Of a stretch of 64,000 nt of DNA, positions 46,238 through 57,195 are shown piece by piece (within the stretch, counting starts at the first letter, position 1; each line of letters begins with the position of its first letter). This DNA comes from an uncultured Acidobacteriota bacterium. GTDB taxonomy: Bacteria; Acidobacteriota; Thermoanaerobaculia; Gp7-AA8. The stretch spans positions 288,001 through 352,000 of the forward strand of contig CAWGHO010000003.1 of the NCBI GenBank assembly GCA_963822445.1, written 5' to 3'. The translations under genes were made by a program, and so were the position numbers. The notes under the pieces are model-generated. The model was given only the letters and a program-made list of their open reading frames with translations. It was not told the origin of the DNA and did not search any database.

Positions 46238-47061
46238 CGGCCGCGGGGCGCCGCCGCGCGTTGTTCGTCTTGATGGCGGCGGCGTGATCGCCGACGTAAC
46301 ACGCCGCGGCCGCGTATTCGACGGGCATCAGGTAGTTGTAAAGACTCTGCTCGATGAACAGGCGATTGCCGGTCGGTCGCGGAACCGCCATCGCCCGCGA
46401 CAGAAAGAGATGCGAGATCGCGAATTGCCGCTCCGTCTGGTAGTGCATCGCGATGCGGAAGAGCGGTACGGCATGATCCGGACAGTACGGCCACGCCGTC
46501 AGATACGCCTGCAGCACCTCCGGCCATGGCCGCCCGATCCGCTCCCCGAGCTGCGCGATCTGGAGGTTTCCGGGTCGCGGGCGCGCGCGCCGTCATTACA
46601 CGGAATAGTGCGAATGCCCGGAAGCAAGGCCTCGGACGTCGCGGCGGGGCAGTGGATGTGCTCGTGCAGCACTCCAATTACTTCCAGGGGTGCGCGTCGC
46701 GCACGAGCTGCCTGCGCAGATACGAATAGTTGCCGTAGAGCACTTCGACGTTGTACGAGTCGGAAGTCAGATGCGGCAGCGCCAACCCGTCCATGGCAAG
46801 AGGTAGCCGGCGCGCCCCCGCGCCAGAGCGAGCGCCTCGCTGCGGTTGTGTGCGAAGTCGACCGATGGCCGCTCGACGAGCTCGCCCGGGACATCGTGCA
46901 GAAATCGCCGGATCACTTCCTGCGTGCCGTCGGTCGAGCCGGTGTCGACGATGAGCCACGCATTGATCAGCGGCTGCGCGGATCCCAGACAGCGCCGGAT
47001 CACGTGCGCCTCGCTCTTGACGTTCATTCACCAGACAGATCGACTGGCCCTGATCGTTCAC
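46238..47061 (-). pseudogene. GT2 glycosyltransferase/TPR pseudogene, 5' part
   Basis: Fragments in several frames: VIRRCL...IVDTGSTDGT...DFAHNRSEAL; GVLHEHI; TPR-like QAYL...PLFRIAMHY. Confidence 0.85.
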
Positions 47062-47097
47062 GGGAAGGAAGTTGGTACCCCGGTCGGCTCGACCGGT

Positions 47098-47138
47098 TGG
47101 TGCGCATACGGGATTCGAACCCGTGTTACCGCCGTGAG
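47098..47138 (-). repeat. Copy of the tRNA-Glu 3' half (att site)
   Basis: Matches 63338-63379 except for one deleted A. Confidence 0.95.
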
Positions 47139-47271
47139 CTGGCTAATCTGACGAAGCTATATCTATCTGATTTCACGAGTTTAACGCGAATTGTGGTTTC
47201 GAGGTGTCCACGGAAACATGCTGGTTTTGGGCGTGTCCGTGGGCAAGTATGCGAGTGGTTTTGCGAGTGGC
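47139..47271. repeat. att-arm-like sequence, copy B
   Basis: Colinear with 61002-61134; ends TGCGAGTGG-TTT-TGCGAGTGG. Confidence 0.8.
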
Positions 47272-47533
47272 AGACCGCCGGCCTGGACTCGCCGTCGCGC
47301 GGCAATAGCACCGTTCGTGTTCTGGATCTTCCCTTGGTTTCGGCTACGTCGAGGTAGGGAAAGGGACCGCTCCGTCACTCCAAGGGAAGGGACACTCAGC
47401 AAACGTCGCCGCGGAACGGGCACGCTGCCGCCTCGAATCGAACGCGGCCGTGCTGTTCGTCTACGACATTGAAGTCGAAAGGAGTACCTTTACCTATCCA
47501 GCCTAGGGAACGGTCGTTCATGAGGAACTCGCG

Positions 47534-50230
47534 ATGAGGTTACGACAGCACGCCCAAGAGATCTTCGATGCTTCCAAGCGTGCCCGGCGCGCACATGCCG
47601 GCATCAAGGTCGCTGGAACGCGACTCATCGTGTGCATTACCGTTCTGCTATTGCTCCGGTTCTTGGCGTTCACGCCGAATCATGAGCAGGTGTCGGGCAT
47701 CCTGGCTACCTATGCACTCGTGGTCATTTTTCTCGTGGTGGCCTTTGAGGAAGTCATTGACCAGCGGCGATTCCGGCTCGTCGCGACCGTCTTGGACGTT
47801 TTCGCTATCTCACTTGTGATCAAGCTGACAGGCGGTCTCGAAACGTCATGGTTCCTCCTGTACGTGTTCCCGATCATGTCTGTCGCGCGTTACCTCGGTG
47901 TCGGCTGGAGCGTCGTCGTCGCGCTCGTCGCCGCAGCGGCATATGGGGGAGCCTCGCTTCCACTGTATTCGTCCACGGAGATCGGTACGTTCTCCCTGCG
48001 CTCGGTCATGCTAGTGATGGTCGCCTTCACGGCTGCCAGACTCGCCCGGACGCGATATCGCGAGGAAGCGACCTTTGCGGAAATGTTGCAGGATGCCGGC
48101 CAGCCAATTGTGACCGATATCGAGTTCGATCGCGCTCTGGCGCGGCTTCTCCAACTCGCGATCCGAGTTACAAAGTCCGGTTTCAGCGGTGTTGTGCTGC
48201 TGGACACTGGTCATCCAAAGATTCACGCCGAAGGACGGCTCAACTTTCGCCAGAACCATCTCGAGGAGGTCAAGAAACTGTTGGCCGCTCACTATCAGAA
48301 GGCAATCGAAACGAGACGCGCCGTTTCTCTGGCAAAGAGCGGGATCGGGGCATTGTTCAGCGGCTTGCGGTCGGAAAGGACGACGGGATGGACGGGGAGG
48401 CTCGTGCCACTGTCAATCGGCGGCCCTCCTTTTGCGGTCCTCGGCGTCTTCTCGCGGCGCACGATCCACTATCGGCCCGACGACATCCTGAAACTGAGTC
48501 GCATGGCCTCGGCCATGGCCATTCTCATGCAGAACGCGGCAGTGTCGCGGCCTCTCGATGCTAGGGCCGCGGCAATCCAGCGGCTGCGAGAGGAAAACGA
48601 GGCCCGGCTCCGCATGCTGTACGAGATCGGCGACATCTTGAAGGAGGAGGTCGGTCTGAGCGACGTCTTCAGGAGAATCGTAAAGATCGTTTCGGAACGA
48701 CTGCAATCCGAGGAAGCCTCGCTGTTCTTGTGGGACGAGCATGAAGAGCAGCTATTCAAGAAATCCGTGGCCGGTCCCGATGAGGTGACGACCAGAAAGC
48801 TCTCCGCCATCGAGGTGTCATATGCGAGCGGCGAAAGTCTCACGGGAGAGGTTTTTGCGACGCGTCGCGAGAAATTGATCGACAAGGTTCTTGCGAACGT
48901 CAGTCATGTCGAGGACTACGCGATCGCGTTGCCGTCGCGCTGCATCAAGCACTATCTCGCCGTGCCTCTCGTCATCGGCAACGAAATTCTCGGTGTGATT
49001 CGCGTTCTCAACCGGAAATCGGCGACGTACGCGCCTGAGCCGGAGGCGGCGACGATCCCGGACGACGGATTCGACGAGGCGGATCTCCATCTTCTGAGGA
49101 TGACTGCGCGCCTGATCGCGGTCGCGATCAGGAGTGCGGGATTCGTCGAGCAGAAGCGTTACTTCGAGAATCTCGTCTATCAGTCGCCCGATCCGATCAT
49201 CGTTCTCGACGAGAACAAGAAGATCAAGAACTTCAATCGAGCGTGCACTGCTCTCTGGAATGTGGAAGAGAAAGAGGTCCGCGGGCAGTCGGCCGAACAA
49301 TTCTACAAATCGCCGGATCACGCCCGGCAGATCGGAAAGGCCCTCGGAAAAGCCAAAGATCACATGATTCGCGACTACAAGACATGGATTCGAGACCCGA
49401 GCGGAAAGATCGTTCCGATTCGGTTGTCCGCGACCGAGTTTCGCTCGAAGAGCGGTCGATTCACAGGCAGCGTCGGCATATTCAACGATGCACGGGGCGA
49501 GCACGAGGACAGGCTAAAGGCGCTCGCGAATCTGTCGCGGGACGCAAGCCACGACATCAAGAACGACGTCCGGGCGATTACCTACTATTTCGAGGACCTC
49601 GAACGGCTGTCGCGGACTTCCGCCGAACTGCTCCCGATCTATCAGGCAATTCGCGCGGCGGCGGAGGCGGCGCTGAGCAAACTGCAAAGTCTACTCATGA
49701 CGGCGGCCCCCCCTCCCGCGCGAGCTGCCTTGATCCCGATCGTGGCCGAACTGGCCGAGTGGCTAGCGTCCATGCAGGAGAGGATGGAGGCGGCGAACAT
49801 CCTATTGACGTTCACGCGGCCGGATGACGATGCAATTGTGAGCGCCGACAGGGAACAGTTGAGACACGTGCTGTCCAATCTGCTCGGCAATTCCGTGGAC
49901 GCGATCCTGGAAGCCAAACGGGAACTGGACAATCGCCGGATCCACGTCACGATCGAGCTCGCCGATGAGCAGGCCATTCTGCAATGGCGTGACAACGGTA
50001 TCGGGATGCCGGAAGGAGCGGCTCGAGACGCATTCACGGCATTTTATACTACTAAAGAAAATGGTAATGGGCTTGGACTCTCGATCAGCAGGAATATCGT
50101 GAAGAGTCACGGCGGCGACATTGGCATCGAGTCGACGACCGGCAAGGGAACCTGCATCACCATCACCCTTCCGTTGATCGTCGCTTCCACGTCTCTGGCC
50201 TCCACCGCAACAGGCAATGCCCATGTTTGA
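47534..50230 (+). CDS. Membrane sensor histidine kinase (TM, GAF, GAF, PAS, kinase)
   Basis: Several TM helices; PDPIIVLD...FNRAC; ASHDIKN; NLLGNSVDA; DNGIGM; FYTTK..GNGLGL. Confidence 0.92.
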   Translation: MRLRQHAQEIFDASKRARRAHAGIKVAGTRLIVCITVLLLLRFLAFTPNHEQVSGILATYALVVIFLVVAFEEVIDQRRFRLVATVLDVFAISLVIKLTGGLETSWFLLYVFPIMSVARYLGVGWSVVVALVAAAAYGGASLPLYSSTEIGTFSLRSVMLVMVAFTAARLARTRYREEATFAEMLQDAGQPIVTDIEFDRALARLLQLAIRVTKSGFSGVVLLDTGHPKIHAEGRLNFRQNHLEEVKKLLAAHYQKAIETRRAVSLAKSGIGALFSGLRSERTTGWTGRLVPLSIGGPPFAVLGVFSRRTIHYRPDDILKLSRMASAMAILMQNAAVSRPLDARAAAIQRLREENEARLRMLYEIGDILKEEVGLSDVFRRIVKIVSERLQSEEASLFLWDEHEEQLFKKSVAGPDEVTTRKLSAIEVSYASGESLTGEVFATRREKLIDKVLANVSHVEDYAIALPSRCIKHYLAVPLVIGNEILGVIRVLNRKSATYAPEPEAATIPDDGFDEADLHLLRMTARLIAVAIRSAGFVEQKRYFENLVYQSPDPIIVLDENKKIKNFNRACTALWNVEEKEVRGQSAEQFYKSPDHARQIGKALGKAKDHMIRDYKTWIRDPSGKIVPIRLSATEFRSKSGRFTGSVGIFNDARGEHEDRLKALANLSRDASHDIKNDVRAITYYFEDLERLSRTSAELLPIYQAIRAAAEAALSKLQSLLMTAAPPPARAALIPIVAELAEWLASMQERMEAANILLTFTRPDDDAIVSADREQLRHVLSNLLGNSVDAILEAKRELDNRRIHVTIELADEQAILQWRDNGIGMPEGAARDAFTAFYTTKENGNGLGLSISRNIVKSHGGDIGIESTTGKGTCITITLPLIVASTSLASTATGNAHV

Positions 50231-50732
50231 GGAGATGCCTATGATCACACAGTCTTTGTTGGCTGGATCGGTTTCGCCGACGATTCACGCATGGCTTGGT
50301 AAGGGAGAGCCGGTCTCGCTCGCGGATGCGGCTGCCGGACACGAAGCGGTATTGCGAAAAATCAGAGAGCTAGCGCTCAAGGTACTCGTAGTGGACGACG
50401 ATCGTACTGTTCGGCAGGCATTATGCCACCGGCTCGAGAACGACTACGGCGCAGAGGTGGTTGACGTCCCCTCCGGCGATGCTGCGCTGCATGCCGATCT
50501 CGCTCAGTACGACGTCCTGCTCGTGGATGTGGTGATGCCAGGAATGAGCGGCGTCGTCACATGCGAGAAGATGATCGAGCTTCGGATCAAGGGAGTAATC
50601 GTGTTAATGTCGACCAACTCGGAAAACCAGGATGCGGCGACTGCGCACGATGTCGCCTTCTATGACAAGAACGATTCGGTCACGGCGCTTGAGCCGATCC
50701 TACTCGGTGTGGCAGGGCGCCGGGCTTCATGA
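50217..50732 (+). CDS. Single-domain response regulator with N-terminal extension
   Basis: VLVVDDD...LLVDVVMPGMSG; start uncertain. Confidence 0.8.
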   Translation: MPMFEEMPMITQSLLAGSVSPTIHAWLGKGEPVSLADAAAGHEAVLRKIRELALKVLVVDDDRTVRQALCHRLENDYGAEVVDVPSGDAALHADLAQYDVLLVDVVMPGMSGVVTCEKMIELRIKGVIVLMSTNSENQDAATAHDVAFYDKNDSVTALEPILLGVAGRRAS

Positions 50733-53504
50733 GTCGGGAAGTTTTGCTGGTCGACGACGAGAAGCGCTTCCGCATGGCGCTGATGCAGAAATTGCCGGAG
50801 TACACGTTCCTCGAAGCGATCTCGCCTGCGGATGGAAGGAAAGCGATTGACGCGAATCTCCAAATTCACGTCGTGCTTCTAGATCTCGACTACAAGGGAG
50901 TCGGTGACGCGACTTCCGTCATCGATCACGTCAAGGAACGCGCTGGCGATTATCGCTTCATCGTCCTCACCGCACACCAAGAGATGCTCGGCGCCGATGC
51001 CGCCGGCGAGCATGCCGTCTTTCGCTATCTGTCGAAGGACGAGCGAGTCGAGACCATTAAGTTCGCGCTCGATCAGGCATTCAAAGACCTGGAACGACAG
51101 CATCTCGCCGCGAAGTTGAGTTACCACCTCGACATCCAGGAGCGGATCGGGAGGAATGAACAACTCACCGACGTCCTGAACCTGATCTGCGAGGGAGTGC
51201 AGAGAATCGTCGGCGCATACACGTGCCACATCCGTATCTACGACTTTGCCCGGGGCGACTTTCCACTCGGAGGTTTCGCCGGCCCGAAGACATTGCGCGA
51301 GGTGCTCGATCAGCCGAAGGTGAGCGGCACGCTTTTTTCCGGAAGAGCCATCTCCACGGGATTCGAGGAGGTCATCGATGACCTTCAGACGATGCCGGAG
51401 TTTAGCGAATTCGCGAAAAAATCTCGTGAATCGCGCCGTCTGATCCCCGAACCCGAACAGAGGTACTGGCAGACCGTCCGCTCGTGTTACCTCGTTCCGA
51501 TCCGTACCGGAGTGCTCGGCAGGCGCGTGGACGCGGTTCTTAATGTGAGCAGCGAAAAACGCGCCTTCTTCACCGAGGAAAAACAAGCCCTGGTGAGGGA
51601 GTTCGTCACGCAGGCGTCTCTCGCCCTCGCCAAGCGCTGGCTCGAGCAGAAGCGCTCGGAGATCCACGAAGATCACAGCGAGATCGGCAAGATGTTTAAC
51701 GAGATGAGCGAGCTGAACAGTCTCGGCCAAATCTTCGACGTGGTGACGTCCGGCATCGCGAAACTCATCAGCGCCGAAGTCGTATCTATTTTTCTCTTCG
51801 ACGAGGAAGACGGTGTATTGAAGAACTTCGCCAGCTACAGTGGAAGCGACTATGTAAGCGACGATGATCTGGTCAAGGAGGTATACAAACCCGGCGAGAG
51901 CTTCACGGGCACCGTCTATGCCAAAGAAGATACGATCATGCGCCCCGACCCGCGCGAGGAAAAGCAGCTCAAGCCGGAAGAGGATCCTCTGCACGAATAC
52001 GAGATGCTCAAGGTGCACTTGAAGGGGATTCCGTGCGGGAAGCTGGAGCACTACGTCGGTGTGCCGCTGAGGGTTCGGGGGAAAACGCGCGGAGTGCTGC
52101 GCGCGGTGAACAAGAAGTCGAAGTATTACGACACGAAGAGGGCCCGCGGCGGAGATCCGGCGGTCCTCCTAGAGCGCGGCTTCAGCGTCGACTGTCTCAA
52201 TGCATTAACGCTCACCGCAGGCCACTTGGCAGTGACCATCCGTAATGCCGAGCTGCTCGAAAAAGAGGGACGAGCGTGTCCGGCAGGTCGAGACGCTCGT
52301 CGCGGTCGGCAAGATCGTTAACCAGACATTAGAGATGAATGATGTCCTCGCGCGCACCATCGAACAGATGGCGACGGTGATGCGGGCGCGAATCGGCATG
52401 CTCTTCCTCAAGGACGATCACGATTCCGACCGGGTCGTATTGAAGGCATGTTACGGAATGCCAGTTATCAATGCGTCATACAAGAAGGGCGAAGGCACTA
52501 CAGGGCGCTGCTATGAGAGCAACAGTCCGATCTTGATCTCCGTGGGTAGCCTGAACGACGGAAAATACAACGACCAAATCCGCGAGCACTTGCAGTCCGC
52601 GGACGGCACACCCGCGGAGATCGAGTCGTTGATGGTGGTGCCGGTCAATGTCAAGGGCATGGCCTTCGGCGTCATGAAGGTCGTGAACCGACAGGAAGGG
52701 CATGGCCCTTTCACGGTCGAAGACCTTGAGCTCTTCCAGATGTTCGCCGAATTGGTGGCGGTGACCATCGACAATGCGCAGATCTACAAGGCGGCAAACG
52801 AAAATGCGGTGCTTTCTCTGATGGTCTCCGTCGCCGCGCACGAGATCGGCAATACGTCAGGCGTCATTCCCGCCAATGTCGCCGGCATCCGCGATGCGCT
52901 CGGTACGCCGCCGCCGGAAATTGAGAACATGCTCGCCACCATTGAGGCGTCGGCCCTGGAAGCGACCGACTTCGCTAAGGAAATCTCCGGGTTCTCTCCT
53001 ACCCGTCCAGATCAGAAAGAAGATCTCGACCTAAATGAACTCGTCGACAGTATGGTGACGACATTTAAATTCGATCTGCAACGCCACAAGCAGTCGCCGC
53101 AGAGTAGGCTGGAGATCATCCCGTCGGCCGAGACGCTCATGTGCCGGATTTTTCGGCGGCCGTTCGAACAGACGATCCGGAACATCATCATCAACGCATT
53201 CCAGGCTCTCGGCGATAAGGACGACGGCTACGTGCGGGTCTCGATGGCTTCCGAGGAGCGCGAAGACGGCAGGTTCGCGGCAATCTCGGTCGAGGACAAC
53301 GGCTGCGGCATTGACCCCAAAGACACTTCCAGGATCTTCGACGGCGGCTTCACGAGAAAACCGCGCGGGAGCGGAGTGGGACTGTGGCTCGCACAGAAAC
53401 ACTTGGCACTCCTGAACGGAACGATTGCCGTCGACAGCGAACTGAATCGAGGATCGAAATTCACTGTCCGCCTTCCTCTGATCGCGGGAGGGCAGGGGGG
53501 GTGA
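50729..53504 (+). pseudogene. Hybrid kinase REC-GAF-GAF-GAF-kinase split by a 1-nt frameshift near 52260
   Basis: ORFs 50729-52321 and 52245-53504 together are colinear with the intact paralogue 57192-59945; AAHEIGN, DNGCGI, GSGVGL. Confidence 0.85.
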
Positions 53505-54745
53505 TCCAACGTGCCCGCGTATTGATCATCGACGACCGGCTCGGCGTGCGCCAGACGCTTCGCAATGTCCTGTTCGGCCTCGATTGCATCTTCACCGAGG
53601 CGGTGAGCGGCGACAGCGCGCTCGCGATTCTGAGCAGTCAGAAATTCGACATTACGTTTCTCGATCTGTCGCTTCCGGACATTTCCGGTCTCGAGGTTCT
53701 GAAGCAGGGCAGCGAGAACGCCGACGCCATGGGAAAGGTGATCGTGCTGACCGGACTCCCAGAGGAATCTACGCGCGCGCATGCGATGGCGCTCGGGGCG
53801 TTCGCCTATCTGTCGAAAGATCCGATCGATCGAACCGCGATCCGGCAGACGTTCACGAAAGCGGTTAAGCCCGCTCGACCGTCGACGACACAGTCCCTCG
53901 CGCTGCCCGCTACTCCCGAGAAAGCCCCGTCCAAACGGAGAGCGCGTAGGATCTCACGCCCTCAGACGACAACGACACCGCAACGTCGCAAGCTCCTCGT
54001 GTTGGACGATAAGGCGTATTGGCTCGAAACGATTGAGCGTTTGTTACAGGATGAGTTCGAGGTCGTCGGCGCAGCGACCCCGAACGAGGCCTACGCGAAG
54101 ATGAAAAAGGGAAATTTTGCGCTGGTGGTGCTCGATATGAAACTGCCGGGGGACGAATCCGGTCTCGATGTCCTGAGCCGCATGCGCCGCGCGCGGCACG
54201 ATCTCCGCGCGATCATTCTGACCGAATACCCCGATTGGAAAGAGGCCGTCGAGAGCGGCAGGCGGGGCGCAATCGACTATGTGTCGAAGGCCGATCCGAC
54301 GATGCTGAAGAGCGTCGTGACGCGCATTCTAGGCGAGCGCCCGCCCACCCGCGTTTTTCTCTCCTATGACCGCCGCGACAAGGCGCGGGTACTCCAACTC
54401 TACCAACGTCTGATGACGCGCGGTTTCATTCCGTGGATCGACGTGAAGAGCCTCATCCCCGGACAGCGGTACGTGCTGCAGATCGAGGATGCGATCAAGG
54501 ATTGCGACTACTTCGTATTCTGCGTTTCCCATCACTCGGTCGAGTCAAGGGACGGGCTAATCCAGCAGGAACTGCGCGTCGCGCTCGATCTCGAGAGGCA
54601 GAAGCGTCGCGGTTCGAGTTTCCTGATTCCAGTCCGGCTTGAGCCCTGCGAGGATCATCCCGATCTGGAGGATTTTCAAGCCGTCGATCTCTATCATCGG
54701 GAAGGCTTCGCGAGTTTGATGAAGGCGCTTTCGTCGAAGCGTTAA
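53501..54745 (+). CDS. REC-REC-TIR response regulator
   Basis: GTGA coupling; FLDLSLP and VLDMKLP receivers; VFLSYDRRD...PWID...QQELRVAL...LIPVRLE. Confidence 0.9.
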   Translation: MIQRARVLIIDDRLGVRQTLRNVLFGLDCIFTEAVSGDSALAILSSQKFDITFLDLSLPDISGLEVLKQGSENADAMGKVIVLTGLPEESTRAHAMALGAFAYLSKDPIDRTAIRQTFTKAVKPARPSTTQSLALPATPEKAPSKRRARRISRPQTTTTPQRRKLLVLDDKAYWLETIERLLQDEFEVVGAATPNEAYAKMKKGNFALVVLDMKLPGDESGLDVLSRMRRARHDLRAIILTEYPDWKEAVESGRRGAIDYVSKADPTMLKSVVTRILGERPPTRVFLSYDRRDKARVLQLYQRLMTRGFIPWIDVKSLIPGQRYVLQIEDAIKDCDYFVFCVSHHSVESRDGLIQQELRVALDLERQKRRGSSFLIPVRLEPCEDHPDLEDFQAVDLYHREGFASLMKALSSKR

Positions 54746-54762
54746 ACGAATAGGTGAGACCA

Positions 54763-55635
54763 ATGACGGATCGTCGAAGAATTCTCATCGTCGATGACAG
54801 CGAATCGTGGCTGCAGACCATACGACTGATTCTTGGCGCACAATACGATCTCACATGTGTGACCAGCGCCGCCGAAGCTCAGGCTCTGATTGCGACGGAG
54901 AGATTCAACCTCGCCATCCTCGATCAGAGGCTTCCCGGGGGGCCTTCCGGTGTCGAGCTGTTTATGGTGCTGCGTGCGGTCCAGCCTGATCTGCGCGCCA
55001 TCATCCTGACCGCGCACGCCGAGGTCGGCGACGCAGTCCACAGCATAAAAAGCGGCCTGTACGACTACATTTCGAAGAGCGATGGAGCAGATCTGCGGAC
55101 AGAGCTACGCTCGCGCGTCGAACAAGCATTGCAGACCGCCCCGCGTGACGTAGACGTTGCGACTCTGCTGCAATGCGACGAAGGTGACCTCCTCGAGTTC
55201 AAGTCATCCGCACGATGGGACATGCGCGCGGCGCGCGCCAGCCATGACATCGAGACGATCATCGTGAAGGCCGTGGCCGGCTTCCTCAATTCCGACCGCG
55301 GTGGCGTGCTTCTGATCGGCGTTGATGACAATCACAACGCGATAGGTCTCGAACATGATTACCGCACGTTCAAAAAGTCGGGCCGCGATAGTTTCGCCAA
55401 TTTCCTGCGCACCCTCTTGCTCGACGCGTGCGAGAAAGACATCAGCCGGCTGATTGAGATCGACTTCCACGACATCTCCGGCAAAGACATTTGCCGTGTC
55501 CGCATCGGTCCATCTCCTCGCCCAGTCTTCGTCAAAGAGGGCCCGACCGAGGTTTTCTACCTGCGAACCGGAAACTCGACCCGGCCACTGAAGCCAAGGG
55601 AGCTCTTGGAGTTCAGTAAAGTGCGATGGAAGTAG
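54763..55635 (+). CDS. Response regulator with AlbA_2 (Schlafen-like) output domain
   Basis: ILIVDD...ILDQRLP; EGDLLEFKSS...AGFLNSDRGGVLLIGVDD...FYLRTGNST. Confidence 0.88.
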   Translation: MTDRRRILIVDDSESWLQTIRLILGAQYDLTCVTSAAEAQALIATERFNLAILDQRLPGGPSGVELFMVLRAVQPDLRAIILTAHAEVGDAVHSIKSGLYDYISKSDGADLRTELRSRVEQALQTAPRDVDVATLLQCDEGDLLEFKSSARWDMRAARASHDIETIIVKAVAGFLNSDRGGVLLIGVDDNHNAIGLEHDYRTFKKSGRDSFANFLRTLLLDACEKDISRLIEIDFHDISGKDICRVRIGPSPRPVFVKEGPTEVFYLRTGNSTRPLKPRELLEFSKVRWK

Positions 55636-55971
55636 CGTGTGCGAATTACGCCCTCGCTCCCGGCTCAGCGCGAATGATCTCGTCTTCTAATGCGGCGCTT
55701 CGACAAGATCACACCCACAAGCTCCAAATACGCATAGATCGTGTCTTTCACGCCTTGCGAATTGCGCGTAGACATCTTGGATCGCGAAACGCTCCGTCGT
55801 GGTGGTCGTTCGTGGAGGCGGAACTTTACGCTCCATCCGGCAAAGAATTGCAGCGGGAGCCGGAGGCCCGCTGCCTTAACGAGCTCTGTGCCTTGCCGCA
55901 CGCGCAAGCTCTTCAAAGCAAACTTTAGCGCTTGAAGGTTTTTCGCCCGCGCTCAGTAGCGCGTTGTGGTG

Positions 55972-57195
55972 CTACCCGGCGCGCGGCACTTTTGGTGGCG
56001 ACAACGCGTCGAGGAGTGCAGCAAACCCGTTCCTTTTGAAAATATCGACGTGTTGGAAGCGATGGAGCGACGGTTCCCGTGGACAGTCTTCGAGCCGTGC
56101 CGGGATGAAGAATGTTGCACCATCCGCCTTCTCATCCTGACGGCGTAAAGCGAGCTTCACTTCGCGACGCATCACGCCCTCACGTCCCACGGAATTTCTC
56201 GAGACGAAGAAAACGAAGTAATGCGAATCTTTGATCGCTCTCTCGATCTCGAGTTCCCACTCGCTTCCCACGCGAAGCGATTTTTCGTCCATCCATGGAT
56301 AAAACCCTATCTTCGTCAATCTGCTGTGCAGCCGGGAGACAGTGGCGAAGTCCGCTCGCGCGTAACAGAGGAACACCTTCGTGGCAGGGCGCTGATCATT
56401 CAGGATGCTGTTAATCATCGCTGGAAGGGAAGTCAGCCGGTTCTTGAGGATGTGTTTGAGAGCACCGCGCCGCGCGCTTTCGAACACGGCGTCGGGGTCG
56501 TTCTCGTCCGAGATCATGATCGCCCGCAAATCGGGAACGCGCTTCCGCAGGCGCATCAGCAGGTCCAACCCAGAGACATGGCCAGCGAGGTTCACATCGA
56601 CGATGGCGAGGGCTGGGGGGTGCTGAGTGAACTTTCTGAACGCGTCATCGGCATCCGTCGCCGCGATCGGCTCGAATTCTTCGCTGAGGATGTCGAGCAT
56701 TTGCTCAAGCGAGGACGGATCGCTGTCGACGAGGAGTAAGGCGGGACGCGACTCATTTGGCACGAAACATCGCTTCTGTCCGCGTGATGCCCGCACGCTG
56801 GTCGGAGCAACGGTAGCAGGTGCAATGCCGATCGCGTCCTGAAACGCACGGCGGATGCCGCTCCATGACATCGAGCCCTTCGACAAATACCGAAACGCGC
56901 CGAGTTCATCGGCCTCCTTCGCGGAGTCCAGGTCGGGATAGCCCGTCAGAACGATAACTTTTCCAACCGCCAAATGCCGTCTGCGGGCTTCTTTGAGAAT
57001 GTCGAGTCCGGACATGTCACGCAATTTCAAATCGAGAACGATGACATCAAAGACGTTGGACTCGATCAACTCCAGTGCTCTCGAGCCGTCGTCGGCTTCG
57101 GTGAATACGCAGTCGAATCCCGTTAGCGTACTCCGCAGCATGTTGCGGATGTCGTCGCGATCGTCCACGAGCAATACTCGTGAGCGCCGCGTCAC
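55972..57195 (-). CDS. REC-REC-TIR response regulator (paralogue)
   Basis: GTG 57195 overlaps the kinase stop; VFLCYARAD...PWMD...RREVKLAL...FIPARLE. Confidence 0.9.
   Translation of the reverse strand: MTRRSRVLLVDDRDDIRNMLRSTLTGFDCVFTEADDGSRALELIESNVFDVIVLDLKLRDMSGLDILKEARRRHLAVGKVIVLTGYPDLDSAKEADELGAFRYLSKGSMSWSGIRRAFQDAIGIAPATVAPTSVRASRGQKRCFVPNESRPALLLVDSDPSSLEQMLDILSEEFEPIAATDADDAFRKFTQHPPALAIVDVNLAGHVSGLDLLMRLRKRVPDLRAIMISDENDPDAVFESARRGALKHILKNRLTSLPAMINSILNDQRPATKVFLCYARADFATVSRLHSRLTKIGFYPWMDEKSLRVGSEWELEIERAIKDSHYFVFFVSRNSVGREGVMRREVKLALRRQDEKADGATFFIPARLEDCPREPSLHRFQHVDIFKRNGFAALLDALSPPKVPRAG

Noticed and set aside
55626-55935. Short ORFs between the convergent operons
   Set aside because: No recognisable motif or clear ribosome-binding site.
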